Shown here: positions 18,678 to 27,423 of the stretch, piece by piece
How the letters are laid out: the number at the start of each line of letters is the position of its first letter
How positions within the stretch are numbered: the first letter of the stretch is position 1
Source of the DNA: Bacteroidales bacterium
GTDB taxonomy: Bacteria > Bacteroidota > Bacteroidia > Bacteroidales > UBA932
Assembly (NCBI GenBank): GCA_029007435.1
Contig: JAQXHU010000122.1
Coordinates: forward strand, 4,063 to 68,062
DNA length: 64,000 nt
Direction: 5' to 3'
Notes under the pieces: model-generated
Seen by the model: the letters and a program-made list of their open reading frames with translations, nothing else
What the model was told of the DNA's origin: nothing
Databases searched by the model: none
Program-made: the position numbers and the translations under genes

Positions 18678-20645
18678 TCAAAAACTTGCAGAGTTCGAGG
18701 CGACTGAAGCCGTGAACCTTGCAATAAACTCGTCAATTGTCATAGAGCCCTGGTCGGCCCCCTCATACCTTACAGAGACTGTGCCCTCGTTCATCTCTTT
18801 CTCTCCAACTATCACAAGCACAGGCACTCTGAGCAATGAAATCTCCCTGATTCGCTTGCCCAATGTCTCGTTGCGGTCATCAACGGAACTGCGAATATCG
18901 GACTTTTTCATCAAATCACAAACTTTTTTTGCATAATCAGTGTATTTTTCACTGACTGGCAGGACCTTGACCTGATCAGGAGCGAGCCACAGAGGAAGAT
19001 GCCCGGCCGTGTGCTCAAGGAGCACGGCAGTGAATCTCTCGATGGAGCCGAACGGCGCCCTGTGGATCATAACCGGACGTTTCTTGGAGCCGTCTTTGTC
19101 CGTATATTCGAGCTGGAAACGCTCCGGCAGGTTGTAATCCACCTGGACTGTTCCGAGCTGCCATTTCCTGCCAAGGGCGTCCTTGACCATAAAGTCGAGT
19201 TTCGGGCCGTAGAACGCAGCCTCGCCATACTCCACGACTGTCTGGAGACCCTTCTCGGCAGCAGCCTCGATAATGCCCTGCTCAGCTCTGTCCCAGTTCT
19301 CGTCAGAACCGATGTATTTCTCTTTGTTGTCAGGATCGCGAAGGGAAACCTGTGCCGTGAAATTCTTGAAATTGAAAGTACCGAACACATAAAGAATAAG
19401 GTCGATAACCTTCTCGAACTCCTCTTTCAGCTGGTCCGGACGCACAAACAGATGGGCATCGTCCTGAGTGAAGCAGCGCACCCTTGTAAGGCCGTGAAGC
19501 TCACCGCTCTGCTCGTAGCGGTAAACTGTTCCGAACTCCGCGAATCTCAGAGGAAGATCCTTGTAAGACCTTGGAGCCGAACGATATATCTCGCAGTGAT
19601 GAGGGCAGTTCATAGGCTTGAGCATATACTCCTCACCCTCCTGCGGCGTGTGAATCGGCTGGAACGAGTCCTTGCCGTATTTTGCGTAATGGCCTGAAGT
19701 CACATAGAGCTGCTTGCTTCCGATATGAGGAGTGACAACCGGAAGATATCCGTACTCGTCAAGTTTCTTGCGGAGGAAATTCTCAAGCTGGAGTCTCATA
19801 ACAGAGCCGCGAGGCAGCCACAGAGGAAGGCCAAGGCCAACTCTTGAAGAGAAGGTGAAAAGTTCCATCTCCTTTCCGAGTTTCCTGTGGTCACGTTTCT
19901 TGGCTTCTTCCATAACGGTGATATATTCGTCAAGGAGAGACTTCTTCGGGAATGTCACGCCGTAGATCCTGGTGAGCTGCTGGCGTTTCTCGTCACCTCT
20001 CCAGTAAGCTCCCGCTATCGCAGTGAGTTTGACGGCCTTGATGACAGAAGTGTCCCTGAGGTGAGGTCCGCGGCAGAGATCGGTGAATTCTCCGTTCTGG
20101 TAGAATGTTATCTTGCCATCCTCAAGTTCGCTGATGAGTTCAACCTTGTACTCGTCCCCTTTCTCCGTGAAATATTTCAATGCGTCAGCTTTCGCAACGT
20201 GGGTGCATTTGAAAGCCTCCTTGGTGTGAGCCATCTCGAGCATTTTCTTCTCAATAGCTGGAAGATCGCTGTCAGACAGCACTTTGTCCCCAAGGTCAAC
20301 GTCATAGTAAAATCCAGTCTCGATGGCAGGTCCAATACCGAATTTGACTCCCGGATACAATGACTCAAGAGCCTGCGCCATAAGGTGGGCCGAAGAATGC
20401 CAGAACACGTGCTTGCCTTCCTCGTCATCCCATTTGAGCAGTCTTACTGAAGCGTTTTCCTCAATCGGAGTGTCCAGTCCGATAACATTTCCCTTGCCGG
20501 CGGTGGTATCCCCCTCGGCTTTCACTGCAACAGCCAGAACATCGGCTGCCAGCCTTGGACTGATACTCTCGGCAATCTGATAACCTGTCACGCCTTTCTC
20601 GAAGGCCCTGACGCTTCCGTCAGGAAATTTGATGTCAATCATCAT
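18678..20645 (-). CDS. thrS: Threonine--tRNA ligase
   Basis: [48 protein letters not shown]. Start could be 20645 or 20642. Confidence 0.97.
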   Translation of the reverse strand: MMIDIKFPDGSVRAFEKGVTGYQIAESISPRLAADVLAVAVKAEGDTTAGKGNVIGLDTPIEENASVRLLKWDDEEGKHVFWHSSAHLMAQALESLYPGVKFGIGPAIETGFYYDVDLGDKVLSDSDLPAIEKKMLEMAHTKEAFKCTHVAKADALKYFTEKGDEYKVELISELEDGKITFYQNGEFTDLCRGPHLRDTSVIKAVKLTAIAGAYWRGDEKRQQLTRIYGVTFPKKSLLDEYITVMEEAKKRDHRKLGKEMELFTFSSRVGLGLPLWLPRGSVMRLQLENFLRKKLDEYGYLPVVTPHIGSKQLYVTSGHYAKYGKDSFQPIHTPQEGEEYMLKPMNCPHHCEIYRSAPRSYKDLPLRFAEFGTVYRYEQSGELHGLTRVRCFTQDDAHLFVRPDQLKEEFEKVIDLILYVFGTFNFKNFTAQVSLRDPDNKEKYIGSDENWDRAEQGIIEAAAEKGLQTVVEYGEAAFYGPKLDFMVKDALGRKWQLGTVQVDYNLPERFQLEYTDKDGSKKRPVMIHRAPFGSIERFTAVLLEHTAGHLPLWLAPDQVKVLPVSEKYTDYAKKVCDLMKKSDIRSSVDDRNETLGKRIREISLLRVPVLVIVGEKEMNEGTVSVRYEGADQGSMTIDEFIARFTASVASNSASF

Positions 20646-20742
20646 AAAAAACAAATTTAGACCTTAATAATTGAATTGGACTAATCAGTATTTACAAACC
20701 AAGTACTTGAACTTGATTAGCCATATTATTAGTTCAAGAATG

Positions 20743-20770
20743 CAAAGATACGATTTTTTTTCTACCTTTG
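20743..20770. promoter_or_regulatory. Back-to-back divergent -7 promoter elements for thrS (TATCTTTG, minus, 20743-20750) and the DUF4199 gene (TACCTTTG, plus, 20763-20770)
   Basis: Two exact TAnnTTTG matches in opposite orientation, 12 bp apart, between divergent genes. Confidence 0.7.
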
Positions 20771-20791
20771 TATATCCAAGAAGACATTATA

Positions 20792-21382
20792 ATGGAAAAT
20801 ACAAACATCGTTGACAGACAGGCCCTGTGGAACGAGGGCGCAAAATACGGCCTGGTCCTCGGCGTCATTACAGGGGCATTCATCTTTCTTAATATGCTGG
20901 CAGCGTCGCTTGCTGAGGGAAGCGCGATGATGAAAATGCTCGCAGTGGCGTTGAACGCCGGCCTTTGGCTGGTGAAATTCATTGGATGCCTGTGGCTTAT
21001 GCGGTTCTTTATGCTGAAGTTCGCAGCTTGTCATCCTTCTGCCACCAACAAGCACACGTTCCGCCTGGGAGTCATCACGGCCCTCACTTCAGCACTGGTC
21101 TATTCGGGAATCAACCTGTTGAATATATGCGTTATATCCCCGGACAGCATAAAAGAGGCAATTGACACCCTGATGCAGACCTACTCCAGCATCGGAGCAT
21201 TCAGCGACAGTGACAGGATTGCCATAGAGAAGACCCTGGGCTGGTATCCTCAGATCGCGTTTTTCTCCAATTTCATATATTGTTTTATTTACGGCACAGT
21301 AGTTTCCCTCATTTTCTCCGGCTCCATTCCCCCGAAAGATATTTTCGCGGACAGCGAAACAGGCGGTTCCCAGGGAAACTGA
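20792..21382 (+). CDS. DUF4199-like membrane protein
   Basis: Four hydrophobic segments, AKYGLVLG start; typical neighbour of GT2 in Bacteroidota. Start set at ATG 20792, downstream of the promoter element. Confidence 0.65.
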   Translation: MENTNIVDRQALWNEGAKYGLVLGVITGAFIFLNMLAASLAEGSAMMKMLAVALNAGLWLVKFIGCLWLMRFFMLKFAACHPSATNKHTFRLGVITALTSALVYSGINLLNICVISPDSIKEAIDTLMQTYSSIGAFSDSDRIAIEKTLGWYPQIAFFSNFIYCFIYGTVVSLIFSGSIPPKDIFADSETGGSQGN

Positions 21383-21406
21383 TATATAAATGCAATTCTG
21401 AACATT

Positions 21407-22369
21407 ATGGAATATCCTCTTGATCTGACGATTATCATCCCGCTGTTCAATGAAAAGGAGTCTCTCCCGGAGCTTGTGGAGTGGATTCGGAAAGTTGTGC
21501 GCGCGGAGGGATGGAGATACGAGATAATAATGGTTGATGACGGCAGCAGCGACGGATCCTGGGACACCGTGAAGGAACTTGCGGAGAAGGACAGCTGCAT
21601 ACACGGCATCCAGTTCCGCAGGAATTACGGCAAATCCGCAGCGCTCTACCTTGGATTCAAGGAAGCGTGCGGGCGTGTTGTCGTGACAATGGACGCGGAC
21701 CTTCAGGATTCCCCGGAGGAGATTCCGGAAATGTTCCGGATGGTGACAGAGGAGGGATGGGACATTGTCTCAGGATGGAAAAAACACCGGAAGGACAACA
21801 CCCTGACCAAGAATCTGCCTTCCAAGCTCTACAACGCCACCGCCAGATGGATTACAGGGATTCATCTGCACGATATGAACTGCGGGCTGAAGGCTTACCG
21901 GAACGAAGTCGTGAAGAATGTGGAGGTCTATGGGGAGATGCACCGTTATATTCCTTATCTGGCGAAGAATGCCGGATTTGACCGCATCACCGAAAAGCCG
22001 GTGCATCACCAGAAACGCAAATATGGAAAGAGCAAATTCGGAATCGAGCGTTTCGTGAACGGCTTCCTGGACCTGCTGTCCCTGTGGTTTCTCAGCACTT
22101 TCGGGAAAAAGCCGATGCATTTCTTCGGATTCACGGGGATACTGATGTTCCTGGCAGGCTTCATTATCACAGTTATGCTTATCATAGCCAAGCTCGCACA
22201 CCAGGCTGCAGGAACACATTTCCGCCAGGTGACAGACCAGCCATTGTTCTATCTCGCCCTGCTGGCCGTCATACTCGGAGCAATGTTGTTCCTCACAGGA
22301 TTTGTCTGCGAAATGGTGTCAAGAAGCGCACCTGAAAGGAACAAATACAATATCAGGGAGGAGTTCTGA
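21407..22369 (+). CDS. Glycosyltransferase family 2 (polyprenol-phosphate glycosyltransferase-like)
   Basis: IIIPLFNE, VDDGSSDGS, FRRNYGKSAA, MDADLQD, two C-terminal TM helices. Confidence 0.92.
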   Translation: MEYPLDLTIIIPLFNEKESLPELVEWIRKVVRAEGWRYEIIMVDDGSSDGSWDTVKELAEKDSCIHGIQFRRNYGKSAALYLGFKEACGRVVVTMDADLQDSPEEIPEMFRMVTEEGWDIVSGWKKHRKDNTLTKNLPSKLYNATARWITGIHLHDMNCGLKAYRNEVVKNVEVYGEMHRYIPYLAKNAGFDRITEKPVHHQKRKYGKSKFGIERFVNGFLDLLSLWFLSTFGKKPMHFFGFTGILMFLAGFIITVMLIIAKLAHQAAGTHFRQVTDQPLFYLALLAVILGAMLFLTGFVCEMVSRSAPERNKYNIREEF

Positions 22370-22371
22370 AT

Positions 22372-23319
22372 TCAGCCCCTGACAAACAGGAACGCATAGT
22401 AGCCGATGAAGCACAACAGCATCACGACGCCTTCCCATCTGTCTATCCTGCAACGTTTTCCGGTATAAGCCCAGATAAGAAGAAGGACACAGCTGAGCAA
22501 GATAACCGCTGCGTCAACAATGGTCATACCCGCCAAAGAAAGAGGCGTCACAAGAGACGAGCATCCGAGAATGAACAGGATATTGAAAACATTGGAGCCC
22601 AATACGTTGCCGAGAGCCAGACGGTCTTTGTGATGCGCCGCGGCCACAACGCTCGTGGCCAGTTCCGGAAGGGATGTACCTCCTGCCAGAATGGTGACGG
22701 CAATGAACTTGTCACTGACTCCGAGGCTGCGGGCTATCTTCACCGCAGAATCCACAAACAGTTCGCCACCGCCAATCAGGGCGGCAAGGCCAGCAATTGA
22801 CAGCAGCACAGCTGCATACATCTTCATCACCTTGCCGTCAGTTTCAGGAGTCCTGTCTGCGTTCCTGAAACTCCCGAACAGATAGCCAGTGAACAACAGA
22901 AGGAACAGGACTCCCTCAGCACGTGTAAGATTGTCAGCACGGCCCAGGCCAAAAAGAGTGGAGCTCATTCCGAAAGCTATCAGCAGGACTGTGACAATCA
23001 GCGTCACAGGAATATCTTTCTTCCGGTTGGACTCTGTCATTGTGACAGGAAACATCAGAGAGGTGATTCCCAATATGAACAGGACATTGAAGATATTGGA
23101 GCCCACTACATTCCCTACAGCGACATCGGCATTGCCCTGAAAGGCTCCGGTAAGGCTGACCACAAGTTCCGGGCAGGAAGTCCCGAAGCCCACAATCGTC
23201 AGGCCTATAACGAATTCACTGATTCCGGCCTTTCTCGCAATGGATGAGGCTCCGGCCACCAGCCATTCAGCTCCGGCCACTATCAGGCCAAGGCTGGCAA
23301 TGAGAAGAACAACGTCCAT
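22372..23319 (-). CDS. Calcium/sodium antiporter (CaCA family)
   Basis: Twin alpha repeats GTSCPEL...GNVVGSNIFN and GTSLPEL...GNVLGSNVFN. Confidence 0.92.
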   Translation of the reverse strand: MDVVLLIASLGLIVAGAEWLVAGASSIARKAGISEFVIGLTIVGFGTSCPELVVSLTGAFQGNADVAVGNVVGSNIFNVLFILGITSLMFPVTMTESNRKKDIPVTLIVTVLLIAFGMSSTLFGLGRADNLTRAEGVLFLLLFTGYLFGSFRNADRTPETDGKVMKMYAAVLLSIAGLAALIGGGELFVDSAVKIARSLGVSDKFIAVTILAGGTSLPELATSVVAAAHHKDRLALGNVLGSNVFNILFILGCSSLVTPLSLAGMTIVDAAVILLSCVLLLIWAYTGKRCRIDRWEGVVMLLCFIGYYAFLFVRG

Positions 23320-23426
23320 AAAATCGCAGTTTCTCCTCCGTGCTGCAAAAAATATTCCCCTTGGACGGCCGGGAATTTTGAATTCATATTATATTGTGCT
23401 AACTTTAGACAGAAAACGAAGACATT

Positions 23427-24395
23427 ATGAGACTTGGAATAATCGGCGCAGGACATATCGCCATAAAGATGGCCCGCACGCTGGCGGGAAAGCCAAACGG
23501 ATGTGAATGCTATGCGGTAGCTTCAAGGGACCTGGACAAGGCAAAGGCATTCGCCGCAGAGCACGGAATACCCAAGGCGTTCGGTTCATACCGGGAACTG
23601 GTCGAATGCCCTGACGTGGACATTGTTTACATAGCCACACCTCATTCACACCATCACGCGCATACAAGGATGGCGCTTGAATGCGGTAAGCCTTGTCTTG
23701 TGGAGAAAGCGTTCACCATGAATGCGGAAGAGGCCGAGGACCTGGTCAATCTTTCCGAGTCAAAGGGTATTTTCCTCACCGAGGCGATATGGACAAGGTA
23801 TATGCCTATGTCACACAAGATTGCCTCTCTTATCAATGAGGGGGCGATAGGAGAGCCCAAGTTGCTTAGCGCGACTCTCTGCTATCCGGTCAGCCACAAA
23901 GAGCGTATCATCAGGCCTGAACTCGGAGGAGGAGCCCTGCTTGATCTCGGAGTGTATGTCCTCAACTTTGCGAGAATGTATTTCGGCTCCGACATTGTCC
24001 GCACAACCAGCAGTTGCGTCAAAGGTACGTCAGGAGTTGACCTTCAGGAAAGCATCTCGCTGACTTACAGGGACGGACGGATGGCCAACCTCCAGGCGGG
24101 AGCGCTCTGCTTCAACGACAGGCAGGGAATCATTTCCGGCTCGGAAGGATATATCAGGGTGGACAATGTCAACTGTCCGTCACTCATCGAGGTCTATAGG
24201 AATTACGAGAAAGTCCAGTCCATCCAACTTCCTGATAATTTCATCACAGGATTCGAATACCAGGTACTTGAGTGCCAGCGATGCATCTCTGAAAACCTCG
24301 TCGAATCGCCTATGATGCCTCACAGTGAGACCGTAGCAATAATGCACCAGATGGATGTTCTGCGCAAGGAATGGGGCGTGAGGACTTCATTCTGA
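23427..24395 (+). CDS. Gfo/Idh/MocA family oxidoreductase
   Basis: GIIGAGHIA, YIATPHSHH, LVEKAFT, GGGALLDLGVY. Confidence 0.92.
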   Translation: MRLGIIGAGHIAIKMARTLAGKPNGCECYAVASRDLDKAKAFAAEHGIPKAFGSYRELVECPDVDIVYIATPHSHHHAHTRMALECGKPCLVEKAFTMNAEEAEDLVNLSESKGIFLTEAIWTRYMPMSHKIASLINEGAIGEPKLLSATLCYPVSHKERIIRPELGGGALLDLGVYVLNFARMYFGSDIVRTTSSCVKGTSGVDLQESISLTYRDGRMANLQAGALCFNDRQGIISGSEGYIRVDNVNCPSLIEVYRNYEKVQSIQLPDNFITGFEYQVLECQRCISENLVESPMMPHSETVAIMHQMDVLRKEWGVRTSF

Positions 24396-24413
24396 CCTCC
24401 AGTCGCTCCAAAT

Positions 24414-24923
24414 TCAGGGTTGTTCATTAAAATTCGGATCAATGCCCTTGCGCCAGAAACGGGAAGTGATGTCTTCTGAAGACACAGCGCCGTCAGGAGT
24501 GCGGGTGACTTTGTAAAGCCGCTGGTTCGTGGTCCGCTTGTTCAGTGGACCGCAGGCCGGACGGTATGGTCCTACTTTGACATAGTCGAAAACCTGCCAT
24601 ATATCATCCTCTACACTCTCCCGGCCGGAATACAGGCCGAGAGCAAGATGCGGATAACAGCTGCGGATATAGGCAGCGATATCCATAAGAGCCTGATGAT
24701 CATTGCCTTCCCCGAGGAACAGGAAACAGTTCACTCCGAAATTGCCTGAAATCAGCCCATCCACGGCAGAAGGAGTCAACTCATCACCGACATCGCAGCG
24801 CAGAAACGGAGAATGACATCCCTCGCACAGACCTGTGCAGTTTGAAATATCGATGGCCAATGTCAGCTTGTCAGGAATCTCCTCAAGCACGACATTGGTC
24901 ATCTTGGGAACATATTTTATCAT
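24414..24923 (-). CDS. nrdG: Anaerobic ribonucleotide reductase activating protein (short type)
   Basis: CTGLCEGCHS radical-SAM motif, DYVKVGPY...TTNQRLY; directly downstream of nrdD. Confidence 0.9.
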   Translation of the reverse strand: MIKYVPKMTNVVLEEIPDKLTLAIDISNCTGLCEGCHSPFLRCDVGDELTPSAVDGLISGNFGVNCFLFLGEGNDHQALMDIAAYIRSCYPHLALGLYSGRESVEDDIWQVFDYVKVGPYRPACGPLNKRTTNQRLYKVTRTPDGAVSSEDITSRFWRKGIDPNFNEQP

Positions 24924-24927
24924 ACTA

Positions 24928-27117
24928 TTATTCAGCCACGTAGTACCTGTGGGCAGCCTCCTCCTGACGCATCTCGCTGAATGATGACACCCTCTTCAGA
25001 TAACCGATAACACGCGTGAGGTAATCAAGATTCCTGCTTCCGCACTTCGGGCAGACATCAAGAGTATCCTTGCTGATATAACCGCACTCGTTGCAGACCG
25101 TGTTGCGGCAGTTGAATGTGAAATAATTTGTGCCGTAGTGGGCGGCCACCTTAAGCAGCTGACGGTACTGGTCTTTTCCAAGATGCTCTGATATATTCAT
25201 ATGCAGAGCGGAGCCGCCGTCAAGATACTTAACGTAATCCTCTCCATGCATCTTGAACTTGTCAATCATTGAAAGTGACTCATCCTCAGGATTGTAGAAG
25301 TACGAGCTGTACATATTGTGCTTAGGTGACACGAAGAATCCGTCCTTCTTGTCCCACTTGTAGTTCTTTCCTGAAAGGTTCTCGCCCGGCACGAACTCGG
25401 TGTTGAACATCGCATCCTTTGTCCTGTCCTTGCGGTTCGCCACATTGATGGTCTCGAGAATTGTGTTCACGAACTCCTTGTAATCGTCATTAGGCGAAAT
25501 TGTGAGGCCGAGGAACTCCGCTGCATCGGTAAGGCCGTTGACTCCGACTGTGAGATACTGCTTGCGCATGTCAATGAAGCCAGCCTTATAGACATCAAGC
25601 ATATCGGCAGCAAGGAAATCCTTGATAATCTCGTTGAATGCGTTCTGATACTTATGGACCTTCTGGGTCATCTCGCTTATTTCTGCGTCAATGGCCTTGT
25701 AAAGTTCAGCCTTGTCGTATTTCACATCCGCAGGAACCGGCTGTCCGTCAGGAAGCTCGTAGTTGAGAGCCTCCTTGAAGTACTTACGGGCGGCTATCTG
25801 GATGATCCTGTTCAGGTTTATGGTCATCACGGACTTGGATCCGGTGGCAACCGATGCCGTACCCATGGAATACTGGTGGGTGGTATGGTTGTGGTCGGCG
25901 TCCGAGGTGTCGAGGTCAGTAAGAGAGTTGCGCAGACGGCAGCAGCTTGAGAGGCTGTCCGGACTGTTGGAGAGGTAGCAGAAGAAGCTGTGTCCCTTCG
26001 ACCACATCTCGGCCGTGAAGTCGGCGTATTCCTGATCGGCGAAATCGTCTCCGCCATCGGTGAGCAGAGCCATTGTCTCAACCGGGAAGGTGAGGATGTA
26101 CTTGTTTCTCTCCTCATTGAACCAGTTCATGAAATGCTTCTGGAGCCAGGACAGTGTCTCCCATACCGGAGCGGTTCCGTCCGGGAACCTGAACTCGCCG
26201 AAAACACCGCGGAAATAAGGCTCGTCGAAATAGCCGATATTCCAGAACACAGTCTGATATCCCCTGTTGCCGGCAGGCATGTTCATAGAATGCACTACCT
26301 GCTGGAAATAATTGTCAATGACCTTGACCAGTGTGCGCTTCTTGAGATTGTTCTCCACCACCTCGTCGAGTCTGTCGAGGTAGTCGTCACCGTAGTCTTT
26401 CCTGATGAAGTAGTCGAAATACATCAGGAACTCAGGAGTGGCCACCGCCCCCATGAACTGGGACGATACTGAGTACACGAGATTGATGAACTCGCCGCAG
26501 AACGACTTCAGGTCAGTAGGGGCTATGGACACGCCGCCAAGCTCCCTGAGGCCGCTCTCAAGGAAAGGATACATCGTGATGGCCACGCAGTAAGGGTAGC
26601 CCGGAGTTCCGCTCTCATCGTGTTTGTAAAGAACGTGGCTTTCAAGATCCTCTATATATTGGTCGGCAAGTTTCCTGCCGTACATAGCCTTGATCTTGTC
26701 CTTCATAATATAGCGGTTCTGCTTGATATTGTTCTCCTTGTAGAGTTCCTGGCCAAGTGTCACGATGTTCTTGCGGGTGACATTGGCATTGGAGTCGAAC
26801 TTGGAACCGGTGGCGGCATTTGACGCTTTGATATAGTCGCGGATGAAGTCCCGTTTCTTCCTGAGGTCAAGTCCGGCGTCGAATTTCTCGATATACGCAA
26901 GAGCCACCTTCTTGTTGATGGACATAAAAGACTCAACCACCTGGCGACGGATCTCCCGGCTCGCAATCTTGTCGTAGATATAAAGGTTGTCCACAACGGA
27001 GACCACTACCTCCTCAGGACATCTCTCACCTGCGGTCTTGTAGGCCTCTCTGATTCCTCGCATCAATTTGTCTCTGTCAAACTCCTCAATGGAGCCGTTG
27101 GTCTTTCTAACGTCCAT
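24928..27117 (-). CDS. nrdD: Class III anaerobic ribonucleoside-triphosphate reductase with N-terminal ATP-cone
   Basis: VRKTNGSIEEFDRDKL ATP-cone, PYC, SSCCRL, CNECG...CPKC zinc ribbon, TRVIGYLK glycyl-radical loop. Confidence 0.95.
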   Translation of the reverse strand: MDVRKTNGSIEEFDRDKLMRGIREAYKTAGERCPEEVVVSVVDNLYIYDKIASREIRRQVVESFMSINKKVALAYIEKFDAGLDLRKKRDFIRDYIKASNAATGSKFDSNANVTRKNIVTLGQELYKENNIKQNRYIMKDKIKAMYGRKLADQYIEDLESHVLYKHDESGTPGYPYCVAITMYPFLESGLRELGGVSIAPTDLKSFCGEFINLVYSVSSQFMGAVATPEFLMYFDYFIRKDYGDDYLDRLDEVVENNLKKRTLVKVIDNYFQQVVHSMNMPAGNRGYQTVFWNIGYFDEPYFRGVFGEFRFPDGTAPVWETLSWLQKHFMNWFNEERNKYILTFPVETMALLTDGGDDFADQEYADFTAEMWSKGHSFFCYLSNSPDSLSSCCRLRNSLTDLDTSDADHNHTTHQYSMGTASVATGSKSVMTINLNRIIQIAARKYFKEALNYELPDGQPVPADVKYDKAELYKAIDAEISEMTQKVHKYQNAFNEIIKDFLAADMLDVYKAGFIDMRKQYLTVGVNGLTDAAEFLGLTISPNDDYKEFVNTILETINVANRKDRTKDAMFNTEFVPGENLSGKNYKWDKKDGFFVSPKHNMYSSYFYNPEDESLSMIDKFKMHGEDYVKYLDGGSALHMNISEHLGKDQYRQLLKVAAHYGTNYFTFNCRNTVCNECGYISKDTLDVCPKCGSRNLDYLTRVIGYLKRVSSFSEMRQEEAAHRYYVAE

Positions 27118-27190
27118 AACCTCAATTTATTATTTACTTTTGAAAAATTCTAAAAAATATATCCGCCGGTCCTGCCGGCGACAGGTTTTA

Positions 27191-27198
27191 CAAATGTA
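27191..27198 (-). promoter_or_regulatory. -7 promoter element TACATTTG for nrdD
   Basis: Exact TAnnTTTG match about 75 nt upstream of the nrdD ATG. Confidence 0.55.
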
Positions 27199-27352
27199 TA
27201 AACTTTGCGAGCCATATCAAAAGAATTCCCGATTAAAAGTTATCAACATAGTTAATAACAGGCCGCCCCGCCGCTCGTGGATGCAGACAAAATTTTCATT
27301 TCATTTAGATTACAATTCAGGGCAGGCTATTGCAGAAATAAAATCATATTAT

Positions 27353-27360
27353 TAAATTTG
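27353..27360 (+). promoter_or_regulatory. -7 promoter element TAAATTTG for SusC/D locus 1
   Basis: Exact TAnnTTTG match about 65 nt upstream of ATG 27424. Confidence 0.55.
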
Positions 27361-27423
27361 ACCGATAAAACGTTAAATTCCAACAGCGATTGAAAGCAAA
27401 TGAATTCAAAATAAACCATTTAT

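Noticed and set aside
27164-27180. Small CGCCGG-TCCTG-CCGGCG hairpin in the nrdD leader as a riboswitch
   Set aside because: A single 6-bp stem in a leader of about 70 nt; too short for a cobalamin or other known riboswitch, and no conserved motifs seen.
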